From Bacteroidia bacterium (GTDB taxonomy: Bacteria > Bacteroidota > Bacteroidia > Bacteroidales > VadinHA17): DNA of 64,000 nt. This document shows positions 43,400 through 53,488 of the stretch, piece by piece. The stretch lies in NCBI GenBank assembly GCA_041480425.1, contig JBGOZX010000005.1, forward strand, positions 2,568 to 66,567, given 5' to 3'. The translations under genes were made by a program, and so were the position numbers. The notes beneath the pieces are model-generated. The model saw nothing but the letters and a program-made list of their open reading frames with translations, was not told where the DNA came from and did not search any database. The stretch's first letter is position 1; every line of letters begins with the position of its first letter.

Positions 43400-44491
43400 A
43401 TGAAGAAAATAATTTGTATTCTGATTTTCCTGTCTGGTCTGTTTGTCCTGCCTGCATTCAGCCAGATTGATTCCCTCAATGCCCGTTATACAGTTCAGGA
43501 TACTCTGCATGAAAAGGTAAAACTATTCGATAGTGATGCACTGTTAGAAATATCCCTGCGGTTTGACATTACATATTACAGAAGGAAAAAACCGGATGTT
43601 GAATATCTGGACGCTATCCTGACTTACCATACCAGCGACAAAGATTCAATAAACAAAAATATAAAGGTGCGATCCCGCGGTGAATTGCGCCACACTATTT
43701 GTGATTTTCCTCCAATATTATTGAATTTCAAAATGTCAGATTCCATTGGAGGAGAATTCAGCAGTATAGATAAATTAAAAATGGTAACTCATTGTGAAAT
43801 GGGTAATGAAGAATACTTATTGAAAGAATATCTGATATATAAACTTTACAATGTGCTCACAGATAATAGTTACAGGGTCAGGCTTCTCAGGGTTAATTAT
43901 ATCAATACTTACAAGGAAAGTAAAACAATCCGACAATTTGCCTTTGCAATTGAACCAACAAAAGTTTTAGCCAAACGAACAAATTCCGTTGAGGTTACTT
44001 TACCAACCCTGACTCAGAAAAACATCAAACCTGAAATGATGGACAGATTTGCCATTTTCAATTACATGATCGGAAATACAGACTGGTCAGTTCCAAATCA
44101 TCACAATGCACTGGTGCTGTCCCAGGGCGGATCTGACCGGCCTGAACTTGGAATGATTGTACCTTTTGATTTTGATTATGCAGGGCTGATAAATACAGAT
44201 TATGCTGTTCCTTTTGAAACCTTACCAATCAAATCTGTACGCGAACGGCTCTATCTGTCGGTTTGCAAAAGTGAAGAAGTTTTCAAAAATGCCCTCAAAG
44301 AATTTTCCGAAAAGAAGGAGGAATTTTACAAAGTTATTAATGATTTCCCCTATCTGAATGCAAAATCAAAAAAAGATATGATCATTTACCTTGATGGCTT
44401 TTTTAACGGGTTTGACAAACGAAATACATTAGTAAATAAATTGCTTAGTGATTGCCAATGGTTCGAAATACAATCTAATCTGAAAAAATGA
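43400..44491 (+). CDS. Secreted hypothetical protein
   Basis: Signal peptide MKKIICILIFLSGLFVLPAFSQ (an alternative ATG lies at 43391). I recognise no family. Note the motif FNYMIGNTDWSVPNHHN. Confidence 0.5.
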   Translation: MKKIICILIFLSGLFVLPAFSQIDSLNARYTVQDTLHEKVKLFDSDALLEISLRFDITYYRRKKPDVEYLDAILTYHTSDKDSINKNIKVRSRGELRHTICDFPPILLNFKMSDSIGGEFSSIDKLKMVTHCEMGNEEYLLKEYLIYKLYNVLTDNSYRVRLLRVNYINTYKESKTIRQFAFAIEPTKVLAKRTNSVEVTLPTLTQKNIKPEMMDRFAIFNYMIGNTDWSVPNHHNALVLSQGGSDRPELGMIVPFDFDYAGLINTDYAVPFETLPIKSVRERLYLSVCKSEEVFKNALKEFSEKKEEFYKVINDFPYLNAKSKKDMIIYLDGFFNGFDKRNTLVNKLLSDCQWFEIQSNLKK

Positions 44492-44564
44492 TGATACAGG
44501 CAGATTTATCCATTGTCATTTAATATTCATCATTTTCTTTATCTTTGCCCCTTATTTTTGTTTT

Positions 44565-45164
44565 ATGAAATACGACATCCAACCCGGGGTAAAAGGACTG
44601 ATTTTTGATCTTGATGGAACACTTGCGGATACTATGCCATATCATTTTGCAGGTTGGAAAAAAGCATGCCACAAATATGGGGCTCATATTGATAATAGAT
44701 TTCTCCGTAAACACACCGGGAGTCCGGGATGGATTATAGCAGAAGAAATACTTAGAAATTGCGGAATAAACGGGAGTGTTACAATTGACCAGATAGTAGA
44801 AGAAAAACTTAATGAGTTTAATAAACTTCAGCACCTGGTAAAACCAATTGAACCTGTTACGGACATTGTAAAAAAATATTATGGCAAGCTGCCGATGGCA
44901 GTTGGTACAGGGGGTCACCGGGAAGCGGTTGAACGTACCCTTGAAATAACTGACCTGCGGAAATATTTTGATATCATCGTTACTGCCAACGATGTTGATT
45001 CTTTCAAACCTCATCCTGAAACCTTCCTGAGATGTGCAGAACTGATGAAGATCGATCCTGCTTTTATTGAAGTATTTGAAGATGCCGATCTTGGTATCGA
45101 AGCTGCAAGAAGTGCCGGTATGATTGCCACTGATGTAAGATTCTGGTATGATTCAAACTGGTAG
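44565..45164 (+). CDS. HAD-superfamily hydrolase, beta-phosphoglucomutase-like subfamily
   Basis: IFDLDGTLADT, VGTGG and FEDADLGIEAA motifs. Confidence 0.8.
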   Translation: MKYDIQPGVKGLIFDLDGTLADTMPYHFAGWKKACHKYGAHIDNRFLRKHTGSPGWIIAEEILRNCGINGSVTIDQIVEEKLNEFNKLQHLVKPIEPVTDIVKKYYGKLPMAVGTGGHREAVERTLEITDLRKYFDIIVTANDVDSFKPHPETFLRCAELMKIDPAFIEVFEDADLGIEAARSAGMIATDVRFWYDSNW

Positions 45165-45314
45165 GTTACCAGAATTCTAAAACTATCTGCCTTTTATCTC
45201 ACCCGGAATTTCATTTCTGCACTGATTCAGGTTCTAATGATTATTTATTAAAACCTTGATATGGATCACTCTTGTGCTGAATTTTCGGTAACTTGATTTC
45301 TGATAAAAAATTTC

Positions 45315-46226
45315 CTAGAATTCAATACCACATTCTTCAATTCCTCCATATTCTACCTGAATCGTAGCGTGTTCAATGCAGAATCTTTTATGCAACTTAT
45401 GCTGAATTAAAGTAATAAAACTTACATCGGTCTGTTCACTTGTTGAGAGATGCACTGTCAGTGCAGCATCAGTAGTACTTAATGCCCAGATGTGCAGGTC
45501 ATGAACACCTGTGACTTCAGGCAGGGTTTCAAGAAATTTTCTGACATCCTCAATTTTTATGTTTTCCGGCACTGCATCCAGAGCAAGATTGACAGAGTCA
45601 ATTAAAAGGTTATATGAACTGTAAAGTATTACTCCAATAATTGCAAAAGAAACCAGTGAATCAATCCATTGGATCTGAGTAAGCGCCATGATAAATCCTG
45701 CCACAACGACACCCAGGGATACCAAAGCATCAGCCACAAAATGAACAAAAGCACTTCGGATGTTCAGATCATATGTCTTTCCCTTCATAAATAACCATGC
45801 AGTAAATGCGTTAACACCAATACCTATCGCGGCAATCAACATCACATTTTTGGTGTTTATTTCGGCTGGTACATTGAGTCTGTCAATAGTTTGGTATACA
45901 ATAAAAGTGATTGCTACCAGCAACAGGATTGTATTTAGTAAAGCGATCAGTATGGTTGAACGACGGAATCCATAAGTAAATTTCAAAGTGGGTTTTCGTT
46001 GAGATAGAATAACTGCAATCCACGAGAAAGTAAGGGCAAGGACATCACTCAGATTGTGACCGGCATCAGCTAATAACGCCATTGAATTTGAAAGAAAACC
46101 AAAAATGGCTTCTATTGTAATAAAAATGATATTAATGATAATGCCTGTTTTAAAGGCATTACCCAGATTAATATCATGATTATGAGAATGATTGTGTACC
46201 ATAAATCTTTTCCGGCTGTCTAACAT
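45315..46226 (-). CDS. czcD: Cation diffusion facilitator transporter (Zn/Co/Cd efflux)
   Basis: His-rich N-terminus HNHSHNH, TM2 motif ALLADAGHNLSDV, TM5 motif HFVADALVSLG, and a C-terminal cytoplasmic domain. Confidence 0.85.
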   Translation of the reverse strand: MLDSRKRFMVHNHSHNHDINLGNAFKTGIIINIIFITIEAIFGFLSNSMALLADAGHNLSDVLALTFSWIAVILSQRKPTLKFTYGFRRSTILIALLNTILLLVAITFIVYQTIDRLNVPAEINTKNVMLIAAIGIGVNAFTAWLFMKGKTYDLNIRSAFVHFVADALVSLGVVVAGFIMALTQIQWIDSLVSFAIIGVILYSSYNLLIDSVNLALDAVPENIKIEDVRKFLETLPEVTGVHDLHIWALSTTDAALTVHLSTSEQTDVSFITLIQHKLHKRFCIEHATIQVEYGGIEECGIEF

Positions 46227-47404
46227 GCCATTTCACCTGCATTTTTCTTCGCTGAAAGAAGATTATATGCTCCTTTTGTGACAATACTTGCAGTACTTAT
46301 ATCAAACCCTTCCGGAACTTTTATTTCTGTAAATCCTGATGCTGAAACACCCTTTTTAACTACAATCATCCGATATTCTGTGAATGGTTTGCCCAGTTCT
46401 ACCTTCTCCTTTTCGAAGGCAAAGATATAATCCTTATCATCAAAACTTACTATTGCCTCTGAAGGAAGCGCTGTTACTTTATTGTCAGATTCTTCAATAT
46501 ATGCATTCACATACATTCCGGGGAAGAGATTCTTACAGGAGCTTGCGACAATTGCATAGACCCTGAAGGTTTTATCATCGCTGACTGATTTCCCGGTCTG
46601 CGTAACCACAGCTTCATGTTCTTCAGTCTCATTGTTAATATAGAATCTTATTTTCTGCCCTGCAGAAACCTTATCAGCATCTTTTTCAAAAAGTGTCAGA
46701 TCAAGAAATAGTTCATCGCTGTTTACAATTTCAAACAAAACATCGGTAGCTGAAACATATTTTCCGATATTGACATTAACTGCCTTTAGATACCCTTTAA
46801 TTGGGGATACCAGGTTGACGCTGCTGCTTATATTAATATCACTGAGTTTATCCGGATTGATCCCGACAAGCACAAGCTTCTGCTCCAATGCTTTTACCAT
46901 TGCCTTAAGATTCTTATATTCCACGGTAACCTGTTGAAGGTTTTGCTCTGAATATACATCATCTTTATATAAATCAGTATGACGTTTAAATTCTGCTTCA
47001 GCAAATACCAGCTTGTTTTTGGCTTCAAGGTAATTCTGTTGAATATCAACAAAATCCTGGTTTTCTATCACTGCAAGTGTTTGTCCCTTGCTTACAGCAT
47101 TCCCCGGAATAAGGGTAGTATACTTAATAAAGCCTCCTAAAGGCATACAAACAGTTGCAAGGTTTTGCGGTGCTACAGAAACAATACCATTGACCTTTAG
47201 CGTGTTGCTAATTTTTCGCATTTCAACCGTTCCCATCTGGATACCTGCGAGTTTGATCTGGTCGTCCCGCAACTCTACAATATCTTCCGGTAGTACTTCA
47301 ACCTCCAGGGTAGTGGCAACTGGCTTATTTCTGTTCGTACATGAACCTAAGTAAATCATTAGTCCCAAAAGGATTACCGATGCTCTATAATTGAATTTTG
47401 TCAT
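46220..47404 (-). CDS. Efflux RND periplasmic adaptor lipoprotein (CzcB-like)
   Basis: Lipobox LGSC, HlyD-like coiled-coil hairpin and beta-barrel. It overlaps czcD by 7 nt. Confidence 0.85.
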   Translation of the reverse strand: MTKFNYRASVILLGLMIYLGSCTNRNKPVATTLEVEVLPEDIVELRDDQIKLAGIQMGTVEMRKISNTLKVNGIVSVAPQNLATVCMPLGGFIKYTTLIPGNAVSKGQTLAVIENQDFVDIQQNYLEAKNKLVFAEAEFKRHTDLYKDDVYSEQNLQQVTVEYKNLKAMVKALEQKLVLVGINPDKLSDINISSSVNLVSPIKGYLKAVNVNIGKYVSATDVLFEIVNSDELFLDLTLFEKDADKVSAGQKIRFYINNETEEHEAVVTQTGKSVSDDKTFRVYAIVASSCKNLFPGMYVNAYIEESDNKVTALPSEAIVSFDDKDYIFAFEKEKVELGKPFTEYRMIVVKKGVSASGFTEIKVPEGFDISTASIVTKGAYNLLSAKKNAGEMAC

Positions 47405-47416
47405 GATCTTTATATT

Positions 47417-50400
47417 TTAAAATATTTTGCCTGTGATATATTCTATTGAAATAATTGTTTGATTGTAACTATTCAGAGCATCCAGGTAGTTTTGTCTGAT
47501 AGTCAATGCCCTGTTCAGGGTCAGTACATACTCCAGGTAATCCAATGCGCCTGCTTTGTAGCTGCGGGTTGCCTGATCAATTATCAGGTCGGCCTCAGGT
47601 ACAGCCTGTTTTTCATAGTAATCAACACTTGAAGAGAACTTACTATACTCATCGAGTAATGACTGATAATTGCCGGCAATTGACCTGGTATAATATTCAG
47701 CATCTGTACGCGCAATGTTTTCGCTTATTTTTGCGGCCTTTGCTCTTGATGTAAATGGTGTAACCCACAAAGGAATTGAAATACCTGCCTGAACTCCTGT
47801 AAAACGGAAACCCTTACCAAAATTAAGAGGCACTCCGTCAACATCCTGTGTTCCGATTATTGTCTGACTGAAATAACCTACATTTAAATCTGGTAGCATC
47901 TGGCTCCGTTCAAGTCTTTTCGCGATTTGTGATACTTCGACCTGTTGCTGAATATACCCCAATGATGGATTATGTTCAACTGAGGCACTATCAGTGAGAA
48001 ACGAACAATCAATTCTGTGCAAATCACTTTCTTCCGGGATTGGTAGCCATTTAATGTTTAAAATTATCATCAGTTTTCGACTATAAATACCGATATCAGA
48101 TGTTACCTGAAATAACTGGTTTTTAATTTCAAGGCTTTGTGAACGGGCTGTGATCATTTCGAGCCGGTTTGTTTCACCGGCTTTTGATCTTAATTCAGCT
48201 GCTCTTAAAAACCCAGAATAAAGGCTATCCTGGTACAACAGCAGTTTTTGTTTTGCATTCAGGAAAACGTATTGCCAGTAAACCTGTTTCACCTGGGTTG
48301 CAATTTCAAGTTGCGAAACCTTAAATTGCCACTCACTACTTTTAATATTTGCATTAGCCAGCTTATATCGGTTAACATATACTAAGGGGAACGCAAACGA
48401 TTGGGAAACAGTAAAACTATTGTCGTTTGTATAAGAGTTGAACTGGCCGTACTGTCCGTCAATAGCTGTTTTGGGAAGGTCAAGTGCTGCTCCTTTTAGA
48501 GCCTTCTGGACTTCTATTGAATAAGCTGAAGATTTCACAGAAAGGCTGCTGTCAAGGGCTGTCTGGATAGCCTCATGGAGGTTTATAGTTCTTGTTTGCT
48601 GAGCATTTGTGATATTAAAAAAAGACAAACCAATAAAAAGCAACAATAGTAAAGACAATGTCTTTAAAGATTTCCTTTTAAAGGAAAACCTGAATTTTCC
48701 TGATGAAAAGATAATATATAAAACTGGCAGGATGATCAAGGTTAGCAATGTAGCCGTAATAAGTCCGCCAATAACCACCGTTGCCAGCGGTTTTTGAACT
48801 TCTGCCCCTGCAGAGGTTGAAATGACCATAGGTAAAAATCCCAAAGCTGGAGCAGCACCAGTCAAAATAACAGAACGTAAGCGTGTATGCAGACCTTTTA
48901 GCACACGCTCGGTAATGTCAGTAACACCTTCTTTTTCAAGACGGTTAAACTCGGCTATCAGCACTATTCCATTGAGAACTGCTACACCAAATAATGCAAT
49001 AAAACCTACGCCTGCAGATATAGAGAAGTTCATTCCGCGTAACCACAGGGCAAAAACACCTCCAATAGCTGACATGGGAACCGCTGTAAAAATCAATAGT
49101 GATTGTTTCACAGAATGAAATGTAAAGTAAAGTAATACAAATATCAAAAGCAGTGCAATTGGAACTGCAATGGAAAGTCTTTTCTGAGCAGCCTCAAGGT
49201 TCTTAAACTGACCCCCATAAGTCACATAATAGCCTGTTGTCAATTGAATTTTTTCATCTATCTGAGCCGTAACATCATTTATTACGCTTTGAATATCACG
49301 ATTACGGACATTAAAACCGATAGTGATCCTGCGCCTGGTATTCTCCCTTGAGACTTGGGCAGGGCCTGATTTAATTAAAATATCAGCTATCTGGTCGAAT
49401 GGTATCTGGTGTCCATCAGGAAGCGCAACAGTGAGATTTTTTATATCATCCAGGCTCTGCCTGTAATCTTTATCCAGACGGACTACAAGACCAAAACGTT
49501 TTTCTTCATCAAATACGACTCCTGCCTGACTTCCTGCAAAAGCAGCACGTAAAACACGGTTAACATCCTCTACAGAGAGCCCATATTGTGCAAGACGATC
49601 ACGGTTATATTCAACCTGTACCTGTGACAGACCAGTAACTTTCTCTACGTTAATATCTTGAACTCCTGAAATTGTCTGAATAATCTTTTCAACCTCAGAT
49701 GCTTTTTCTGAAAGAGTGTTCAGGTCATCACCAAATATTTTAATTGCTATATCCTGCTTTGAACCCGTCATTAATTCATTAAACCGCATTTGTATAGGTT
49801 GCTGAAATTCAAATTTAACACCAGCCAGAGCGACCAGTTTCTCTTCCATTTTTCCAACTAATTCCTCACGAGTTGTTGCAGAAACCCACTCACTCTTATC
49901 TTTTAAGGTAATTATGTAATCACCTGTTTCCATAGGAGTAGGGTCTGTGGGGATCTCACCGGCTCCTATTTTGCAAACAGCGTGCTTTACTTCAGGAAAA
50001 TTTTCAAGCAATATCTTATTAGCCATAATGACTTTATCGACGGTATTAGAAAGTGATCCACCCTGAAGAGTCATAACTCCTGAGGCAAGGTCACCTTCTT
50101 CAAGCTGTGGAATAAACTCTCCGCCTAAACGGCTGAACAAAAAGAGGCTGAACAGGAACAGAGCAACTGCCGAAACAGAAATGAGAACTTTACGTCTGAG
50201 TGCGAAGGCAATTACAGGATTAAATGCTTTACGGATCCAACCCATCAACCGGTCAGAAAAATTTGGTTTGTGACTTGTATTCTTACTAAGGAACAATGCA
50301 GAGGCCATGGGAACATAAGTCAGCGACAGAATTGCCGCCCCAATCAGCGCAAAAGTAACTACCTGTGCCATAGGGCGAAACATTTTCCCCTCGATGCCAA

Positions 50401-51808
50401 CAAGCGCCATTATCGGCAGATACACTATTAATATTATTATCTGACCGAAAGTTGCTGAACTCATCATCCGTTTTGCCGAATCAAGTACATTTTCATCCAT
50501 CTGAGCCTGCGTCAGTTTCGCCAATCCGGGATGGTGATGTTTACTCATAAAAATCCGATGGACAACACTTTCAACAATAATTACTGCTCCATCAACAATC
50601 AGCCCAAAGTCAATTGCACCGAGGCTCATCAGGTTGCCTGACACTCCAAAAAGGCTCATCATTGAAACGGCAAAAAGCATTGCAAGCGGAATAACTGAAG
50701 CCACAATGAGCCCTGCACGCATATTCCCGAGTAATAAAACCAAAATAAAGATGACAATTAAGGCACCCTCTATAAGGTTTCTTGATACAGTGCTAATTGC
50801 ACGTCCCACAAGATCAGAGCGATTAAGATAAGGTTCTATCCTTACTTCTTTAGGCAATGATTTCTGGATCGATTCTATGCGTGTTTCCACATTATCAATT
50901 ACTTCATGAGCATTAGCTCCTTTTAACATCATAACCACACCGCCAACAGCCTCTGTAGTATCAACTACAAAAGCTCCATACCTCGTAGCGCTACCGAATT
51001 GAACCGTTGCTATATCCCTGATTAGTACAGGAATACCAGAACTACTGGTTTTAACAACAATCTTTTCAATATCCTCAATTGTTTTAACCAATCCTATCCC
51101 ACGGATAAAATAAGCAGTGGGCTTTTTATCAATATAGGCGCTGCCTGTATTTTCGTTATTTTTTTCAAGGGCTGTAAAAATATCGGTCAGTGATAGGTTC
51201 ATACCTCTTAGTCTTTCGGGATTTACAGCTATTTCGTATTGCTTGACAAACCCGCCATAACTATTTATGTCAGCAACCCCAGGAGTACCGAGCATTTCCC
51301 GACGTACAACCCAGTCCTGAATAGTCCGCAATTCCATTGGATTGAACTCTCTTTCGTATCCTTTTTTCACTGCCAGCCGATATTGGAATATTTCACCCAG
51401 TCCTGTTGAAATAGGAGCAAGTGATATCTGGGCAACTCCTGCCGGAATGACCTCTTCAGCTTCTTTCAACCGCTCACTTAGCTGCTGTCTTGCCCAGTAA
51501 ACATCAACACCGTCTTCAAACACCACGGTTACTACCGACAACCCTAACCGGGATATAGACCGAAGTTCGATAATATCAGGAATATTGGCAACCGAAACCT
51601 CAATAGGTGCTGTAATAAAACTTTCTACTTCCTGAACTGCTAAGGATGGCGCAAGCGAAATGACCTGCACCTGATTATTAGTAATATCCGGAATAGCATC
51701 GATAGGTAACTTCGTTAATGAGTAAGTCCCCCATCCGATCAATGTTAAAATAAATAATCCGATAATGAATTTATTTTTTATTGAGAATGAGATAATTCGA
51801 TTTATCAT
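47417..51808 (-). CDS. CusA/CzcA-family heavy-metal RND pump fused in frame to a TolC-like outer-membrane factor
   Basis: 1463 aa. Residues 1 to about 1036 are a complete 12-TM HME-RND pump. Residues 1044-1069 (KRKSLKTLSLLLLLFIGLSFFNITNA) look like a signal peptide. Residues 1070-1463 look like a TolC/CzcC-type two-repeat OMF. Confidence 0.85.
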   Translation of the reverse strand: MINRIISFSIKNKFIIGLFILTLIGWGTYSLTKLPIDAIPDITNNQVQVISLAPSLAVQEVESFITAPIEVSVANIPDIIELRSISRLGLSVVTVVFEDGVDVYWARQQLSERLKEAEEVIPAGVAQISLAPISTGLGEIFQYRLAVKKGYEREFNPMELRTIQDWVVRREMLGTPGVADINSYGGFVKQYEIAVNPERLRGMNLSLTDIFTALEKNNENTGSAYIDKKPTAYFIRGIGLVKTIEDIEKIVVKTSSSGIPVLIRDIATVQFGSATRYGAFVVDTTEAVGGVVMMLKGANAHEVIDNVETRIESIQKSLPKEVRIEPYLNRSDLVGRAISTVSRNLIEGALIVIFILVLLLGNMRAGLIVASVIPLAMLFAVSMMSLFGVSGNLMSLGAIDFGLIVDGAVIIVESVVHRIFMSKHHHPGLAKLTQAQMDENVLDSAKRMMSSATFGQIIILIVYLPIMALVGIEGKMFRPMAQVVTFALIGAAILSLTYVPMASALFLSKNTSHKPNFSDRLMGWIRKAFNPVIAFALRRKVLISVSAVALFLFSLFLFSRLGGEFIPQLEEGDLASGVMTLQGGSLSNTVDKVIMANKILLENFPEVKHAVCKIGAGEIPTDPTPMETGDYIITLKDKSEWVSATTREELVGKMEEKLVALAGVKFEFQQPIQMRFNELMTGSKQDIAIKIFGDDLNTLSEKASEVEKIIQTISGVQDINVEKVTGLSQVQVEYNRDRLAQYGLSVEDVNRVLRAAFAGSQAGVVFDEEKRFGLVVRLDKDYRQSLDDIKNLTVALPDGHQIPFDQIADILIKSGPAQVSRENTRRRITIGFNVRNRDIQSVINDVTAQIDEKIQLTTGYYVTYGGQFKNLEAAQKRLSIAVPIALLLIFVLLYFTFHSVKQSLLIFTAVPMSAIGGVFALWLRGMNFSISAGVGFIALFGVAVLNGIVLIAEFNRLEKEGVTDITERVLKGLHTRLRSVILTGAAPALGFLPMVISTSAGAEVQKPLATVVIGGLITATLLTLIILPVLYIIFSSGKFRFSFKRKSLKTLSLLLLLFIGLSFFNITNAQQTRTINLHEAIQTALDSSLSVKSSAYSIEVQKALKGAALDLPKTAIDGQYGQFNSYTNDNSFTVSQSFAFPLVYVNRYKLANANIKSSEWQFKVSQLEIATQVKQVYWQYVFLNAKQKLLLYQDSLYSGFLRAAELRSKAGETNRLEMITARSQSLEIKNQLFQVTSDIGIYSRKLMIILNIKWLPIPEESDLHRIDCSFLTDSASVEHNPSLGYIQQQVEVSQIAKRLERSQMLPDLNVGYFSQTIIGTQDVDGVPLNFGKGFRFTGVQAGISIPLWVTPFTSRAKAAKISENIARTDAEYYTRSIAGNYQSLLDEYSKFSSSVDYYEKQAVPEADLIIDQATRSYKAGALDYLEYVLTLNRALTIRQNYLDALNSYNQTIISIEYITGKIF

Positions 51809-51880
51809 TACTTGGAAAATATTTAACTTTAATAACTGACTATCTTAAGATGTTTTTATTATTATTCCACACCCTCTCTT

Positions 51881-51975
51881 GTTTCCCCAGCTTTGCTTCG
51901 CTTAAGCTACACGAAAGCGAAGGGGGGAAAAGATTTACTCCTTCCCCTGTGGGGAAAGTTTGGGAAGGGGGTTCT
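51881..51975. repeat. Intergenic hairpin element, family 2, short copy
   Basis: TTTGCTTCGCT (51892-51902) and GAAAGCGAAG (51913-51922) are identical to the motifs at 5652-5662 and 5774-5783. They are followed by G6, AAAAGAT and a TTCCCC-TGT-GGGGAA hairpin (51942-51956). Confidence 0.6.
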
Positions 51976-51985
51976 TTATAAAGTA

Positions 51986-52393
51986 TTAGCTTGAAGAAGG
52001 AGGAGCCCTTAACGGAGATAATTGAACAAAATAAGAATCGGAGAAACGTTCCCGGATGTCAAATATCGTAATAATTGAAACTGATAATTCAAAAGAAAAA
52101 GAATCAGGCAAAAAATCGTTTGAGATATTTTTAGATTGAATAATTTTTGTTAAAACATAAGAGGTGGCCTTTTCTGAGGCCAGGTCATTAAATGCATGAC
52201 AATGAACAGGGAAACCTGAATTGTGACTGGTTTTCCCGTTTGAAGCCGGACATTTATCTACCTGATATGAATATGCATCAGATAAATGATGATCATGCGG
52301 AATAATCAGATGAGCACATATGGCCAATCCGGCAACCAGCAGGAAAAAAGCAGGTATATTTTTTAAAATCTTGATCATCATTTCAAAAGTCAT
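51986..52393 (-). CDS. His-rich membrane-anchored small protein upstream of the czc operon
   Basis: TM helix followed by HLIIPHDHHLSD...HNSGFPVHCHAF. Start taken at the ATG at 52393 (track TTG at 52417). Confidence 0.45.
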   Translation of the reverse strand: MTFEMMIKILKNIPAFFLLVAGLAICAHLIIPHDHHLSDAYSYQVDKCPASNGKTSHNSGFPVHCHAFNDLASEKATSYVLTKIIQSKNISNDFLPDSFSFELSVSIITIFDIRERFSDSYFVQLSPLRAPPSSS

Positions 52394-52546
52394 ACAGCTT
52401 TTAACTGTATCCTGCAAATATACTTATTAAATTAATGTAAATAAATTGCAGAATTCCTATCAGCAACCAGAACAAACCCTTAGCTCCATTCTGATGCTTT
52501 TAAGGTCCATCCGGTTAATTTATATTAGATTGTAATTAGTACAGGA

Positions 52547-53488
52547 CTAAACAAGTATTTTTGTTGTTAAATTGGTAATACTGGTTTGGATTGCATCAAA
52601 CTGCTTACTATCTTTAGAGCTGTCCTGTTCAACAATCATGTATTTCATACCTGCAATATCTTTAGCTGCCAGGATCTCTTTAAAATTAATTACTCCAGAA
52701 CCTACAGGAGCGAAATCAGTGACACCGTCGGTAGTGAATATGGGTGCTTCATTTGAGAACATATCTTTCATATGGAAAAGTTGGAACCTGCCCGGGTATT
52801 TTTTGAATATCTCAACCGGATTTTGGCCGGCTTTAATTGCCCAGAAAAGATCCAGTTCCATAGTTATCAGATCTTTATCCATCTCTGGCATAAAGATATC
52901 ATAGAAGGGTACCTTCCCTTCTACAGTAGCGAATTCGAAATTGTGATTGTGATACCCGAACTGGACACCATTTTCTTTCATGATCTTACCAACCTTATTC
53001 CAGTCGGCTACCATTTTCTGATAACTGGCGATTGTTTTGCGTGCTTCTTCAACCACCCAGGGCTGCATGCAATACTTAACACCAAGTTTTGCATGGTCTT
53101 CAGCCATTGTTTTAGCATTGTCTGTTTTAATACTACTTCCATCTACACTTGCGTGACTACTTAGGATTTCCATACCCAGGCCATTCACCAGTTTCTTGAA
53201 TTCGGAAGGTTCATATCCATAAAACTTACGGTTTGCATAATTGGCCAGTTCAAGATATTTATAACCGATATCAGAAACCTTTTTCAACGAACCCGGAACA
53301 TCTTTTCCCATAGCATCACGGATAGTGTATAACTGAAGCCCAATACCGAAGGTTTTGGGGTCAGCCACCGCTGATTTTGACGCAAGCGTGCCGACTGTTT
53401 TAAAGGAAGACTGTGAAAGGACTAATGCTCCTAATGCCCCTGTAGCAGAGACTCTAAGGAATTCCCTTCTAGAATGTGTTTTTTTCAT
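52547..53488 (-). CDS. Sugar-phosphate isomerase/epimerase (xylose-isomerase-like TIM barrel) with Tat signal
   Basis: Twin-arginine signal SRREFLRV, plus the pattern YLELA...GYHNHNFEF...ELDLFW. Confidence 0.75.
   Translation of the reverse strand: MKKTHSRREFLRVSATGALGALVLSQSSFKTVGTLASKSAVADPKTFGIGLQLYTIRDAMGKDVPGSLKKVSDIGYKYLELANYANRKFYGYEPSEFKKLVNGLGMEILSSHASVDGSSIKTDNAKTMAEDHAKLGVKYCMQPWVVEEARKTIASYQKMVADWNKVGKIMKENGVQFGYHNHNFEFATVEGKVPFYDIFMPEMDKDLITMELDLFWAIKAGQNPVEIFKKYPGRFQLFHMKDMFSNEAPIFTTDGVTDFAPVGSGVINFKEILAAKDIAGMKYMIVEQDSSKDSKQFDAIQTSITNLTTKILV

Noticed and set aside
44520-45014. 164-aa minus-strand ORF
   Set aside because: It is antisense to the HAD hydrolase gene (DxD motif on the plus strand), so it is spurious.
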